A stretch of DNA of 64,000 nucleotides from Macrostomum lignano (taxonomy: Eukaryota), in the NCBI GenBank assembly GCA_002269645.1, contig NIVC01003722.1, positions 1 to 64,000 of the forward strand, given 5' to 3'. Positions 1-13,700 of this stretch are shown piece after piece. The translations under genes were made by a program, and so were the position numbers. The notes under the pieces were generated by a model. That model ran no database searches. It had not been told where the DNA came from and saw only the letters and a program-made list of their open reading frames with translations. How positions within the stretch are numbered: the first letter of the stretch is position 1; every line of letters begins with the position of its first letter.

Positions 1-233
1 ATTTTGGGTAGCGTTAATAGATTTTTCGGGCAAAGTAGTGCTCTTTAAAAAATTAAAATAAATTAGAAACTTTTTTTGAAATTTTTAGACACTTTCAGGA
101 CTTAAGAGGCTTTAGATGTTAGAAGGGATGAGGCTTTTAAAAAAACTGTTTGCATAGTTTGTTTTTTCAGATAGCTCGTAGAACTGTAGACCGCATGCGA
201 AACACCTCATTGCAAGCGGAGGTCGGTCATTAG

Positions 234-949
234 TCATTGTCCGGCCATCCAGCCGGCAGAACCGTTAGCGGCGTAGGTGACCGTATCGCTGGAGAGGGCC
301 ACGTTTCCATCCTTGTGATCGAACCAGCGGTAGCGGCTTCGCACAACAAACGACTCCAAATGACAGGTGCGAGCAGACCTGCGTTGGCCAACGGCTATCC
401 TTGTCGTAGCGGACGAAGATGTCGGTGACAGTTCCGTAGCGGGCCGGCCATTCGTGCTGCCGTCTCCGTCGGATTCGTCCAGTCGATAATGTGTGGCGTT
501 GAGCCGACGGAAGCCGTTTTGACGGGTCAGGCACTGCCAGATCATCGGCGTGTGGCCGGCTGGGGTTCTCCGGCTCAACAGGCGGCTCGGCCTCCGGCCA
601 GTTGGATCCAGAAGCCACAGCAGTCCGCGCCAGAACAGAAAGGAGCATTCGTCGGAGCGCATCTCGAAAACGGTCGGACTCTTGTAGCCGACGGTGGCCG
701 AGACGATCGTCGAAAAAAAAATGTCCTTGTCGGACGGAACTTTACCGGTCAGGTAGTGCAGGTGGCGATGGCTCGTCTGCAACAGAGTGGCGTGCCACTG
801 GTCCGGGAAGCAGCAGTAGCCTTCGTCACCAGCCTCGTTGATGTAATCGGCCGGCGAGCCCGCGGGAGGGCAGCCATGGACGGCTCGGGCTGCTGGGCGA
901 GCAGAACTAGCCCAAAAATGAGCAGAAGCTGCAACAACAACAGACGCAT
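234..949 (-). CDS. Intronless secreted protein, possibly ependymin-related (EPDR-like); reading frame interrupted by a 1-nt frameshift at the G3 run 868-870
   Basis: ATG at 949 opens a signal peptide (MRLLLLQLLLIFGLVLLAQQPEPSMAA). One extra C in the CCC run joins it to the 234..1139 ORF frame (PPAGSPADYINEAGDEGYCCFPDQW...), giving ~238 aa. CCxPxQW near the N-terminus resembles invertebrate EPDRs. Family call is by motif recollection only. Confidence 0.45.
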
Positions 950-1041
950 TCAAAGATTTTGCGCTGGCTATGGATAATTCACGAACGCTTATCTGAACCC
1001 GTCGAGCTCGAGAGCTGCTCATGAGATGATTTAGTGTGGCA

Positions 1042-1049
1042 TATTTATA
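1042..1049 (-). promoter_or_regulatory. TATA box (TATAAATA) upstream of the secreted ORF
   Basis: Plus-strand tatttata at 1042-1049, ~93 bp upstream of the ATG at 949. Confidence 0.35.
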
Positions 1050-1447
1050 CACATGGTGGCTTTTGGTCTCCTCCAATCCCGTTCGCTGCATGGTCCTGAC
1101 CATAATGATGCTGCAGCTAAAAGCAATCGCCCTATTCATTGGACGGGAATGGAGTTATTTTCGATTGCATCCTCCAATAACTAGCTAGCTAGCATGGACA
1201 GCTAAATTTCAATTACTTAGTTGTTCCTGCAAATCTATCATTGTTCTAGTACTGGCGAAAGAATATTCATGGAGTTTTCCATTGTTCCTATAGGTTCGCT
1301 ATAGATTCTTGTATAGAATACCTCTCGTGAGTCGTTGTCATCCTTACCAAATGCTAAGTGTATTTGATTCTTCCAACTGATTTTTCACGCAGTTATAATA
1401 AAAAAACTTTTGGAGGCATCTCAACTTACGCAAAAAGGAGTGCCTTT

Positions 1448-1762
1448 TAGTGGTGTCGCCACCGGGGTAGGGGACAGCCCCCCCCCCCCTAGTAAGAGCT
1501 ATGGAGGGACATGCCGATGTTTTGTCCCCCCACCCCACGTTTGTGACCCGTTATGTAAATCTATAATTTTGCTTCAGGGTGTCAAAACATAGCACTTTTC
1601 GATCTGAGCCAAAATGAGGGTCTGTGGCGCCAAAATGAGTGCATGCGGCGGCGGCGCCAAAATGAGTGCTAACAACCCTGATTCCCAAAATAATGTAGGA
1701 ATTTAGTCATTAGGATTCTTGGCAATTGTCCCCCCACCAAAAAATCTATGGCGACACCCCTG
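1448..1762. mobile_element. Non-autonomous hAT-like MITE (family shared with 51448-52316)
   Basis: Imperfect TIRs TAGTGGTGTCGCCA / TGGCGACACCCCTG; 8-bp TSD gtgccttt (1440-1447) / gtgcctct (1763-1770); internal sequence collinear with the 51448-52316 copy. Confidence 0.75.
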
Positions 1763-4038
1763 GTGCCTCTGATCGTAAGGCCGGCTTATATGTATTTACA
1801 TGTAGGTTTGCCAGCAGACTTCAGAAACAACCAACTCTTTAAATAATTTGCGCTTGATCATTTAGTTTTCAAAAAAGCCCTTTTAAACTTTTCCTTATTT
1901 GTTGTATGGGGATGTGCGATAATGAAATTGTACGCCTCGACGTATCCGTACACCACCAAGCGGTGAGTATACCCTGAAATCCTCTCTAGCTATTGACCAA
2001 TCTAAAGTTGTTTCTGTACATATGCCCTGACTTGGTTTCTGTTCCTCTCTAATGGCCTGCGCGACCCCTATCCACATGCTGATGTGATGATCTCAATCAA
2101 GGCCTTGAATAGGGGGGAGTACCAGAGATGTTAATTTGTGCCCAATATTTGAGAATTTGAAAAATCTTTGAGAATCTTTAATCATTCTGATGGAGGACAT
2201 TTAAAGCGTTCCTACGATTTCAGTTTTATCACTACGACTATCAGATTGGATGGTGTGTGGAACTAAAAATAGAACGACTCATTCTAATTCCTGAAAAAAA
2301 ATATGAAAAAATCGACAAAACCGTGAGGGTCTCCCCGCTCTCGGACCGCTTTCAGTAGTAGCCCAAACATTTTTCAATCCCAATTTTTTGCGCACTCCCA
2401 AAGACTTGTCTGCTGGGGCTGGTCTGGGTGGACTCGGTCCTATAGCACCGTCCCTGATTCCACTTTTGGGTTGGCGGTGTCTTAGTCCATAGGTTTGGGT
2501 TAGTAGCTCCAATGCTTCATGCTCTCCCCAGGGTCCTGAGCTCTGGTTCCAATAGTGGCCTCTTGGGCTCTAAGCCCCTGGTAGTATGGCCCACAGCAAG
2601 ATCCATGCGGCAGAGCCCCCTTAGGGCTGATCCGCGGGCAGCGCTCCTCCTCCCACCCCCGTTTAACAACATAACAAGTAATTTAACCATGCAGCCATCG
2701 TGAAGCCTCCGTCATATTCCTAGAAATGTAAATGAAAATTGAGTTCGTGGTCTCCGTATACAAGTCTAAGTGTGCTGCTTAATTCAGATTCAGTTTTTAA
2801 AAAATATAAATCTTTATGTTGTAAGTTAATTTCAAGGCTAATAGTTTTATTACTTATAGGCTCCTCGGTTAGTTAGGCCTAGTTTTATTAATATTAGTAG
2901 GCCTAAACTAAACAGGCTAGTAGGCATAGTAATATCGACAACTTCAATATTTTTGGACCCAGCTGCACTTGCACTCGATAGGCCTAGCTTTCAGCATATA
3001 TCGTCAACTAGCTGTCTCTAATCCTTCCAACATAAGTCGTGCAGCCATCGTCCATCTCACTGTCTTGTTTTGCAACTGTAGGCCTACTGCATAATCTGAA
3101 CACAAATAGGCCTATATAATCTTTTATTTAAGCACTGAGCCAGACTGACTGGCTTCCAAATTTTAGATCAGCTAGGCTATTTATTCAAAAGATTTTGATA
3201 AAAAGTCATTTGCAAAAGTTTTCTTACATTTTAAAGTATATAATCTTTAAAATCAAAATATGGCTGGCAACATTTTTAAACTTCCAGGCATCTTTCAAAA
3301 TGTGTAAGTATTATTTATATAAAATTATCATTGGCATTGTTTTCAAATTTATCAAAGTGTTCTATTATTATTAATAATAGCCCTTGTTTCATCTAGAGAT
3401 CATATAAGATTGATTAGAAATTTCTATATTATATTATATTATTAGATACCATTAAATTAGATTAGAAACAATGGCAATATAGCATCTCCAAGAATTAAGA
3501 AAAGGGGTAGTAATTAGGTGGTCACCCTTTTCCCAGTGAGTTTTTCAAATTAAAACAATGCATTATACTAAAATCTCATAAGAATATATAGACCTAAGGC
3601 CTATAACAAACTTGAACTAAAAAATTATAATTGGCCTTAAGGTTATCCCATTCCCATAGAAAGATAGAAGAGTGGTCATCTCCTACAGGGATAAGAAAGG
3701 TTAATGCTAATGGTGATTTCATCTAGGTCTACTATTTTATCTGCCACATTTTTTGCCTATTAATATTTATAAAAAAATTATTTCATTTATTTGCCAATTT
3801 GGTTATTCTGTCTGAAATGAAAATTCTCAGGCCTACAATTCAAGATATATATAATATTATATTGTAGCACTTAGAAATCTAATTATAAATATAAGTTTTA
3901 GTCTGTAATTCAATCCCTCCTAAAGATTTATAAATATATTTATCTTTGATATACCAGACAATAAAATGTATAGAACAAGATATATGTAAAGTACAGGGCA
4001 GTGGTTTTGTCTTGGGGTTATCTCAAAATGGCCTAGTA

Positions 4039-4311
4039 CATACATGCGCAACAGTCGGCCGAGTCGGCCGATCCGGCCGACCGATTTGGCGGCCAACCAA
4101 GGTAAGTCGCAAAAATGCCCACCCGAAAGAATCATACGTAGTACTAATTAGATGACGAGGCATTTAGCCCTTATAAGACAGTCATAGTTACTCCTGCCGT
4201 TTACCCAAAATTGCGTTAATTTTGCTGAAGGGTTTCTTTCACAGGTAAGTCGCATTTTTTGTTAAAACTAAGTCGCACGGCCGACCAAATTTTGAAGGTT
4301 GCACATGTATG
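4039..4311. mobile_element. hAT-like MITE, young
   Basis: 14-bp TIR catacatgcgcaac / gttgcacatgtatg (13/14 match); perfect 8-bp TSD gcctagta at 4031-4038 and 4312-4319; CpG-rich unlike its flanks. Confidence 0.8.
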
Positions 4312-6084
4312 GCCTAGTAGGTCTCCTGGCGCAGGGCAGTGACCTCTAGCTGCTGGTTTCTTAGAAACAATACTTGTAACATAGGTAGTGCTGCCACCAG
4401 CTTTGCAGACTCGCAGCCTTCGGTGAAGTGCTGAGCCTGTAAAAGCAAATAACTAAGACAAGAGAGGAAGTCAAGCACTTCGTGCAGATTTAGCAGTTCT
4501 CAAGCAGGAGCGTCCACAGTCAGTAGTCCCTGCCAGGCAGGTGCAGGGTTAGAGCAATGGTGCTAGCTTTGGGCAATCTAAGCTACCCTGCTGATAGATA
4601 GCAGGAATAAATCAGAGGTAGGCACGCACAAAGTTGGGAGTCTTGGGAGTTCAAACTTAGACACAAACTTGGTATACACACTTGAACTAAGAGAATCTTA
4701 GGCTCAGAAATGGGAGCAAACGACGCTTGTCTGAGCCAAGCCATGAGAGAGGCTGTATTTATAGGGGGAGGATCGATTGCACCATAGCACAAAAGACCCC
4801 TGCTGAGAGTCATAAGTGACTGTTGCTATTTTTAGCAACAAACAAGCGGGCCTTGCCTCAGAGGAGGCAAGATGTCTGGGCGCACATGATCTCTCCATAA
4901 ACACAAGCCCAGTGTACAATGATGAAATCATTGCACTTTGGACTAAAGAAGGAAGAAGGCCTTGTCATGTGACTGGCTCACATGACAAGGGGAAAAGGCC
5001 CATAAGTGAAGGCACTCGTGACCATGGGACTAGAAAACAGAATGGCACTCCAAATTTGGAGATGCCAACCAGAGAACAAAACAGAGGCAGGCCAGACCAA
5101 GCTGTCTGGGCACTGCAAAATGAGAACACAAGGCAAATGGGGGCAAACAAGGACAAATAGACAGACAGGCAAATGGGCAAGGGACAGGCCAGAAGACAGG
5201 CGGGAAGGGGACAGGCAACTGCCCAGCGGCAGACAGAAGCCTAGGGCGAGGGAGGTAGCTGACTAGTGCGGCGCCTAACTAAACTAGCGACTCACTATAC
5301 ATGCAATATATAATATTGTAGGGTTATTATAGCAAGCTAGCTTAATCTTTTAGTTCATGTTAGTGCTAAAGTTTAAAAGTACAATATGCTAAATAATATA
5401 TACTTAAATTGATTCTATATTGTACTGATTAAAAATTGTAATTTCTCTTAAAGATTGAAGATAATTAAAGATAATTAAAAATTGTAATTTCTCTTAAAGC
5501 CATAAACTTAAAGCTAAAGCTTAAACTATATATATTTTAGCATGTATATTCCAGTGTTATGATTTGCATTGCTTACCAAGATTTGATTTGCATTGCTTAC
5601 CAAGATTACTAAGATAAATATATAAAGCATGCTATTATATAACTCCTATTCCAATAAGTAAAGTATGCATGTTTATTTTAATTCACTAAAGTCTATTCCT
5701 ATAGACCATAGGCCTATATCCTTTTTGTCTGCCAGAAATAGTTGTTTGTCTGCTAGCAGACAAAATCATTATATACTATAGTAAAGTGGTCATCTAGGGG
5801 CAGCAGCCCCCTCTGCCTCTTACCTACATTGCCACTGATTAGAAATATAAATTAAGATAAAAAATTTAAAATTAACATTTTTAAATGTAACATTTATTGG
5901 TATATAATAGTAGTCATAAAACTTAAAAACCATAAGAAGTTTACCATATTATCTTAAAATTTTATTTGTTTTTTGTCATAGTATATACTATGTTTGATCT
6001 ATTATTATAGGGTATATTCTTAAAAATGTTATTTTATAATGAAATTTCTCATGTGCAATACAATCCTAGGGAAAAATAATGCTA

Positions 6085-6690
6085 CAAGGGTTGTCCTAAA
6101 AGTAGTATCACTTTTGCTTGCTTCCATAAATATTAATGTATTAAAAAATCATGCCTTAAAAGTTAGTGGCTTATTTTAACTTTTATACCCAGAAAGTCCA
6201 ATTTTTATAAGTGCTTCTTGCTGTAAGTAGTATGCATTTGTTTTCATACCCTTGGCTATAAAAATTCACAAGAACCTAACCTCAGTATTTGGACCGTAAA
6301 TATAGGTCAAGTTTTTGTGATTTTCAAGGAATTTCTGACCAAGACTCCAATATGTAAAAATTGCATGTCCCTGCCCTTTTGTAGAGTGAATATTAGGGTC
6401 CATGACTGAAACAAATCTTATAGCTGCTGTCTTGCAACTCTGTGCTTGATCAGCTTTACTTGTGGCTTTCTTCTAAGTAAGCATAGAAGCATTATGCGGT
6501 TTATATTTCTATGGCCAAGGGTATGCAAACTAATGCATGTTGCTTACAGCAGGAAGCACTTACAAAAATTGGACTTTCTTGGCATAAAAGCTAAAATAAG
6601 CCACTAACTTTCAAGGTATAAGATTTTTCAAACACACATGAATACTTATAAAAGTAAGCAAAAGTGACATTACTTCTGGGACACCCCTTA
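6085..6690. mobile_element. Fold-back MITE with ~200-bp TIRs, Tc1/mariner-like
   Basis: 6085-~6280 is a degenerate reverse complement of ~6500-6690; termini resemble CAGGGTGTCC; flanked by TA on both sides. Confidence 0.7.
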
Positions 6691-7720
6691 TACATACATA
6701 GTATGCAAAAAAGTATGGACTTATGTCAATGCAACTATATCGTAAGAACATTAGGCTTTGCTTAGTCTAATAATAGAGATTCCAATAAGGGTCCCCATGA
6801 TTTGCCAATAAATATAGATTATTCAAAGGTAAATTTAAATAAAAGTAGGTTTTTTACAAATGAATAACTTTGAAATGCAATTGCAAAAAGCAAATATAAA
6901 CTAGAAAGTAAAAAATCCTTTTTTTAGAAAATATATCTAACTCTTATTGGGATGATAATAAACTATAGCACTTACAAAATAAGGGCTTCTATTTTAGTGG
7001 ACTTAAGGCTGATTGTTACAAAGGTTTGGCTATTCTACTTGTATTAGATTTTTTCAATTGAAAAGGGATATAAAAAGCTAAAAATGACATACTAGGCACA
7101 GAAATGGGTTAAGTAAACAAATTATATATCAGATGTTTGCAGGAACCAAGTTTTCAGACAAAAGGATTTAGTACCTAATAGACAAAATACATTATAGAAA
7201 TTTTGAAAGTTAAAGATGCAGAAAGTTTTTATTTTACTTGACTAATTTCCAAAAGTAAAGTGTCTTTTTATTCAAGCAAATGAGATTTATTAAACAAAAA
7301 AAAATACAAAAAAATACAAAATGTCATTGGAGTCCCTATTAATAACTAAGATGCACTAGATACTTACATTCATCCATACTTACATTCATTACATCCATAT
7401 AACCTAGATATAAAACAAAAATATTCAATTTAAAGTTTGTTTAAAAAGTTGCAAACACTTAATTTGTTTATATCATTATCAAGTTTAGGCCCTATTTTTG
7501 ATTGGCCTCTCCTTAGGCCCCCTCTATTAGAAGGAATTTATAAATGTGGTAATTCAAAATAGGATTTTTAAGGACTAATGGTCCATTCTCCAAGGAGAGA
7601 ACTTTTTGGGTATATGTGGGACAAGATCTAAAAAATGCACAATAAAAATAGATTCTGTTTATCCTCTGTACATACTTGAATACTAGATTGAATCCCATCT
7701 TATTATCCCAAAATCCCAGG

Positions 7721-10700
7721 ATGAACCCTGGCAGTGGATTTGGTCCTGATGGGGCCCAGGCCGGAGCTCTGGACGAGGCCGCCCTGCCAGAGTCTTGCCA
7801 GTCAGTGGAGGACCTCGCCGAGCCATTGCGTGCCACTTTTGAACGCCTGGCCAAGCGAGCGGAGAAGTGCGTAGTGCGCAAGCATCCAGAAGAGGCGCTT
7901 GTAGAAGCATTGCGCTCCTCTGCAGATGCTCTCAGGCAAAGCCAGCAGCAGCAGAGAGGCGGTGGTGAGTAAAAACTGGATTTGGTGGTCCATTTTTATG
8001 TAAACTTTTAGGCAACTGCGGTTTTGATGACATTTTACATTCTCATTTGGGAATGAATGGTTCCACTGACTGGGATTCCATTGACTGGAAGGGGCACCAA
8101 TCTCAGTAAAATGGCATACTGAGATTGACTGAGATTCTACTGACTGAGAATTTGCTAACTGAGATTCCACTGGCTGAGAATTTGCTGACTGAGATTCCAC
8201 TGGCTGAGAATTTGCTGACTGTGATTTCACTGACTGAGATTTCACTGACTGAGATTTCACTGACTGAGATTTCACTGACTGAGATTTCACTGACTGAGAT
8301 TTCACTGACTGAGATTTCGCTGGCTGAGATTTCACTGACTGAGATTTCGCTGGCTGAGATTTCACTGACTGAGATTTCACTGACTGAGATTTCACTGACT
8401 GAGATTTCACTGACTGAGATTTCACTGACTGTGATTTCACTGACTGAGATTTCACTGACTGAGATTTCACTGACTGAGATTTCACTGACTGAGATTTCAC
8501 TGACTGAGATTTCACTGACTGAGATTCCACTAAGATTTCACTGACTGAGATTTCACTGACTGAGATTTCGCTGGCTGAGATTTCACTGACTGAGATTTCA
8601 CTGACTGAGATTTCACTGACTGAGATTTCACTGACTGAGATTTCACTGACTGAGATTTCACTGACTAAGATTTCACTGACTGAGATTTCACTGACTGAGA
8701 TTTCACTGACTGAGATTTCACTGACTGAGATTTCACTGACTGAGATTTCACTGACTGAGATTTCACTGACTGAGATTTCACTGACTGAGATTTCACTGAC
8801 TGAGATTTAACTGACTGAGATTTCGCTGGCTGAGATTTCACTGACTAAGATTTCACTGACTGAGATTTCACTGACTGAGATTTCACTGAGATTTCACTAG
8901 CTGGCCATCTATGGTAAAAAAACAAACTCGCAGAGTACGAGATTCTCGAACGAGTACTACACGGCCTGTCCGAGTCCGAGCAGGCTCTGGTTGACAAGCG
9001 CAACAGCCAGTCGGACAGTGTGGCCGAATGGATGGAGGCCGCGCGCAAAGCTGAACAGAATCTGTCCGGCCTGCAGTCGGAGAAGCGAGCCCTCGGCCGC
9101 ACCGGCCAAGAAGTGGCCAAACTGCGTCGCCGCCTGTTGGCCGGGCAGAACAAGCAGCATCAGCAGCAGAATCAGCAGAGCCAGCATCAGCAACAATCTG
9201 CCGAGGCCGCTCTAAATGAGCTGCAGTTGGATTTGAGCACCCGCGAGAACGACGAGCGTAAGCAGCGCGACGTTTATATAGTACGGTTGAACGAACTGCT
9301 TGGCGAACGGCCCAGGCTGTGCAACCAGCTGTTAGATCTGATGCGGTCTAGGCTGGATTATCACAGGCAGTGCGTCCAGCTGCTTGAGGAGCAGCTGCCC
9401 GCGCTTGAGGACGCGGTGGCCTCGGCCGCTAGCCTAGCGGGCCCCTGCTACGGCGTGCCGCTAGAGGAGCATCTGACTAAGACTGGCCGACAGGTAGCCT
9501 ACGTCATTGACGTGTGCACGGCCGCTTTGAATCGTGACGATGTGCTAGTTGAAGAGGTGAGTCTTTTATCCTTGTAAATTCACAATTTTTTAATTTATTT
9601 TTTTGACAGTGAATAACATGATATCAGAATTAGAAATCTAGATTAAGAAAATGGCAGAGTGATTTAGAAAGTGGCATATTGATTAGAAAATGGCATACTG
9701 AATTAAAAAGTGGCAGAGTGATTTAGAAATGGCAGAGTGATTTAGGAAGTAGCAGAGTGATTTAAAAAGTGGCAGAGCGATTTAGGAAGTAGCAGAGTGA
9801 TTTAGAAAATGGCAGAGTGATTTAGAAAGTGGCAGAGCGATTTAGGAAGTGGCAGAGTGATTTAGGAAGTGGCAGAGTGATTTAGAAAGTGGCAGAGCGA
9901 TTTAGGAAGTGGCAGAGCGATTTAGAAAGCGGCAGAGCGATTAAAAAGTGGCAGAGTGATTTAGAAAATGGCAGAGATTTAAAAAGGGGCAGATTAATTT
10001 AGGATGTAGCAGAGTGATTTAGAAAGTAGCGGAGTGATTTAGAAAGTGGCAGAGCGATTTAGAAAGCGGCAGAGTGATTTAGAAAGTAGCAGAGTGATTT
10101 AAAAAGTGGCAGAGTGATTTAGAAAGTAGCAGAGCGATTTAGAAAGTAGCAGAGCGATTTAGGAAGTAGCAGAGTGATTTAGAAAGTGGCAGAGTGATTT
10201 AGAAAGTAGCAGAGTGATTTAGAAAGTGGCAGAGTGATTTAGAAAGTGGCAGAGTGATTTAGAAAGTGGCAGAGCGATTTAGAAAGTGGCAGAGCGATTT
10301 AGGAAGTAGCAGAGTGATTTAGAAAGTGGCAGAGTGATTTAGAAAGCGGCAGAGCGATTAAAAAGTAGCAGAGTGATTTAGAAAGTGGCAGAGTGATTTA
10401 GAAAGTGGCAGAGTGATTTAGAAAGTAGCAGAGCGATTTAGAAAGTGGCAGAGTGATTTAGAAAGTGGCAGAGCGATTTAGAAAGTGGCAGAGCGATTTA
10501 GGAAGTAGCAGAGTGATTTAGAAAGTGGCAGAGCGATTTAGAAAGCGGCAGAGCGATTAAAAAGTAGCAGAGTGATTTAGAAAGTGGCAGAGTGATTTAG
10601 AAAGTAGCAGAGTGATTTAGAAAGTGGCAGAGTGATTTAGAAAGTGGCAGAGCGATTTAGAAAGTGGCAGAGCGATTTAGGAAGTAGCAGAGTGATTTAG

Positions 10701-13700
10701 AAAGTGGCAGAGCGATTTAGAAAGCGGCAGAGCGATTAAAAAGTAGCAGAGTGATTTAGAAAGTGGCAGAGTGATTTAGAAAGTGGCAGAGTGATTTAGA
10801 AAGTAGCAGAGCGATTTAGAAAGTGGCAGAGTGATTTAGAAAGTGGCAGAGCGATTTAGAAAGTGTCAGAGCGATTTAGAAAGTGGCAGAGTGATTTAGA
10901 AAGTGGCAGAGTGATTTAGAAAGTGGCAGAGTGATTTAGAAAGTGGCAGAGTGATTTAGAAAGCGGCAGAGTGATTTAGAAAGTGGCAGAGTGATTTAGA
11001 AAGTGGCAGAGTGATTTAGAAAGTGGCAGAGCGATTTAGAAAGCGGCAGAGTGATTTAGGAAGTAGCAGAGTGATTTAGAAAGTAGCAGAGTGATTTAGA
11101 AAGTAGCAGAGTGATTTAGAAAGTAGCAGAGTGATTTAGAAAATGGCAGAGTGATTTAGAAAGTGGCAGAGCGATTAAAAAGTGGCAGAGTGATTTAGAA
11201 AGTAGCAGAGCGATTTAGGAAGTAGCAGAGTGATTTAGAAAGTGGCAGAGCGATTTAGAAAGCGGCAGAGCGATTAAAAAGTGGCAGAGCGATTTAGAAA
11301 GCGGCAGAGCGATTAAAAAGTAGCAGAGTGATTTAGAAAGTGGCAGAGTGATTTAGAAAGTAGCAGAGCGATTTAGGAAGTAGCAGAGTGATTTAGAAAG
11401 TGGCAGAGCGATTTAGAAAGCGGCAGAGCGATTAAAAAGTGGCAGAGCGATTTAGAAAGCGGCAGAGCGATTAAAAAGTAGCAGAGTGATTTAGAAAGTG
11501 GCAGAGTGATTTAGAAAGTAGCAGAGTGATTTAGAAAGTAGCAGAGTGATTTAGAAAGTGGCAGAGCGATTTAGAAAGTGGCAGAGCGATTTAGGAAGTA
11601 GCAGAGTGATTTAGAAAGTGGCAGAGCGATTTAGAAAGCGGCAGAGCGATTAAAAAGTAGCAGAGTGATTTAGAAAGTGGCAGAGTGATTTAGAAAGTGG
11701 CAGAGTGATTTAGAAAGTGGCAGAGTGATTTAAAAAGGGGCAGATTAATTTATAATGTGGCAGAATAATTTAGAAAGTGGCGCATTAATTTAGAAAGTTG
11801 GAACATAAAGAAAGCTGACAAGGCACACTGAAGTGCAAGGAATGTTTGGTCAGATATTTTCCATTTTACTAATCGTCGGGTTTCTTATCAAACTTTGAGC
11901 AAAACTTAGAATGCAAAATTCTTTTTTTGCATAGATTGGTTCATTGTGCTTGCGCTTTGGCCCTGCTGAGTTTGTGATTTTTCTCTTAATTTGATCTACT
12001 TAAACAGGAGTGTTTCACATTTGAACACCTGCTAATTGAGCAATAGAGAAAGCACAAGAAGCAGTTGACACAACTAGCTGTCTAATAAGTCAAAACTCTT
12101 AGTCTGCCGGAGATTTCGGATGTTTATTTATAGAAAGCAAAACAGTCTATGGTATTGGGTGGGGCCGTAGGCTAGTGGTCTGGCGCGGCGTTCTGTTGTT
12201 CCAGCGGCCCGGGCTCGATTCCCAGTGCAGTCACATTAATTTGGGGCTAAATTACAATCTCGGCTTGACTCTGCTCGTGCAATTAACAGCCTTGAGGGCC
12301 AACCTCCAAGGCATAACATGCCTAACGATAAATACAGTTAGGGCTGCTGTACACTCCTGTGTGAGTGTGTGCGTATTTGCGCATGACTGCGCACGTATCC
12401 ATGCGCTTGTATGCCTGCTCAAGGAAGTCGGCGGAATGGGCAGTAATGCCTTTTGCCGGTTGTGTGACCAAGTCGCTTAAAGTGCGCCAGGATGCACACA
12501 GCCCTCGTCTCTATGGGTAATATTTAAATATTTTGTGTCTGTGTGTGTGTGTTAGCTCATACACACTGCAGTTCCAGCTGAATTGTCTATGGTCGTTCTT
12601 TCTTGTGATTGGTCGACTTCGAAGCCTAGACAACCGTTACCGTTTGAGGCTTGCAATAAGAGAGTGGGCACCATTTGTGAGCATTTGAAGCTTATTCTTG
12701 CAAAATGACAATGCTGGCCAACTCTTTAGTGAGAAACACGTGGTTCCGTCTCACGGTGCCCTGAGCAATTTTGGAGGATTACACAGAAAGGGGTGAGGGT
12801 GGGGCATGACTGGCGCGATTATCCGGGATTTCTTTTTGTCCCTAAGCCGCTCCCAGGTGGCTTATCGCCAGCCTGATTCTCTAAAATTGCGATGGAAAAT
12901 TTACTTGTAATTTCCGATTGCCAAAACCAATTCAGAAAATATTTTCCTCTTGTACTGTTATGACTACCCGCTCTGTCATGTGACTGTCTGCACAGGCATA
13001 TGAGCCCCACTCTGATATGTGACTGTCTGCACAGGCATATGAGCCCCACTCTGTCATGTGACTGTCTGCACAGGCATATGAGCCCCACTCTGATATGTGA
13101 CTGTCTGCACAGGCATATGAGCCCCACTCTGCTATGTGACTGTCTGCTCAGGCATATGAGCCCCACTCTGTCATGTGACTGTCTGCACAGGCATATGAGC
13201 CCCACTCTGCTATGTGACTGTCTGCTCAGGCATATGAGCCCCACTCTGTCATGTGACTGTCTGCACAGGCATATGAGCCCCACTCTGTCATGTGACTGTC
13301 TGCACAGGCATATGAGCCCCACTTTGATATGTGACTGTCTGCACAGGCATATGAGCCCCACTCTGCTATGTGACTGTCTGCTCAGGCATATGAGCCCCAC
13401 TCTGTCATGTGACTGTCTGCACAGGCATATGAGCCCCACTCTGATATGTGACTGTCTGCACAGGCATATGAGCCCCACTCTGTCATGTGACTGTCTGCAC
13501 AGGCATATGAGCCCCACTCTGATATGTGACTGTCTGCACAGGCATATGAGCCCCACTTTGATATGTGACTGTCTGCACAGGCATATGAGCCCCACTCTGA
13601 TATGTGACTGTCTGCACAGGCATATGAGCCCCACTCTGATATGTGACTGTCTGCACAGGCATATGAGCCCCACTCTGATATGTGACTGTCTGCACAGGCA

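Noticed and set aside
4320-5280. Short ORFs in a moderately GC-rich segment (e.g. 4816..5160)
   Set aside because: No motifs or splice support; probably a decayed repeat, family unassignable by eye.
8901-8933. Alternative acceptor at 8900 giving an in-frame TAA (apparent RhoGAP pseudogene)
   Set aside because: The CAG acceptor at 8931-8933 keeps phase, avoids the stop and fits the BAR alignment.
12161-12232. Possible tRNA gene
   Set aside because: A/B boxes are present but I could not fold a convincing cloverleaf, and it is fused to a dispersed repeat body, so it was treated as a SINE head.
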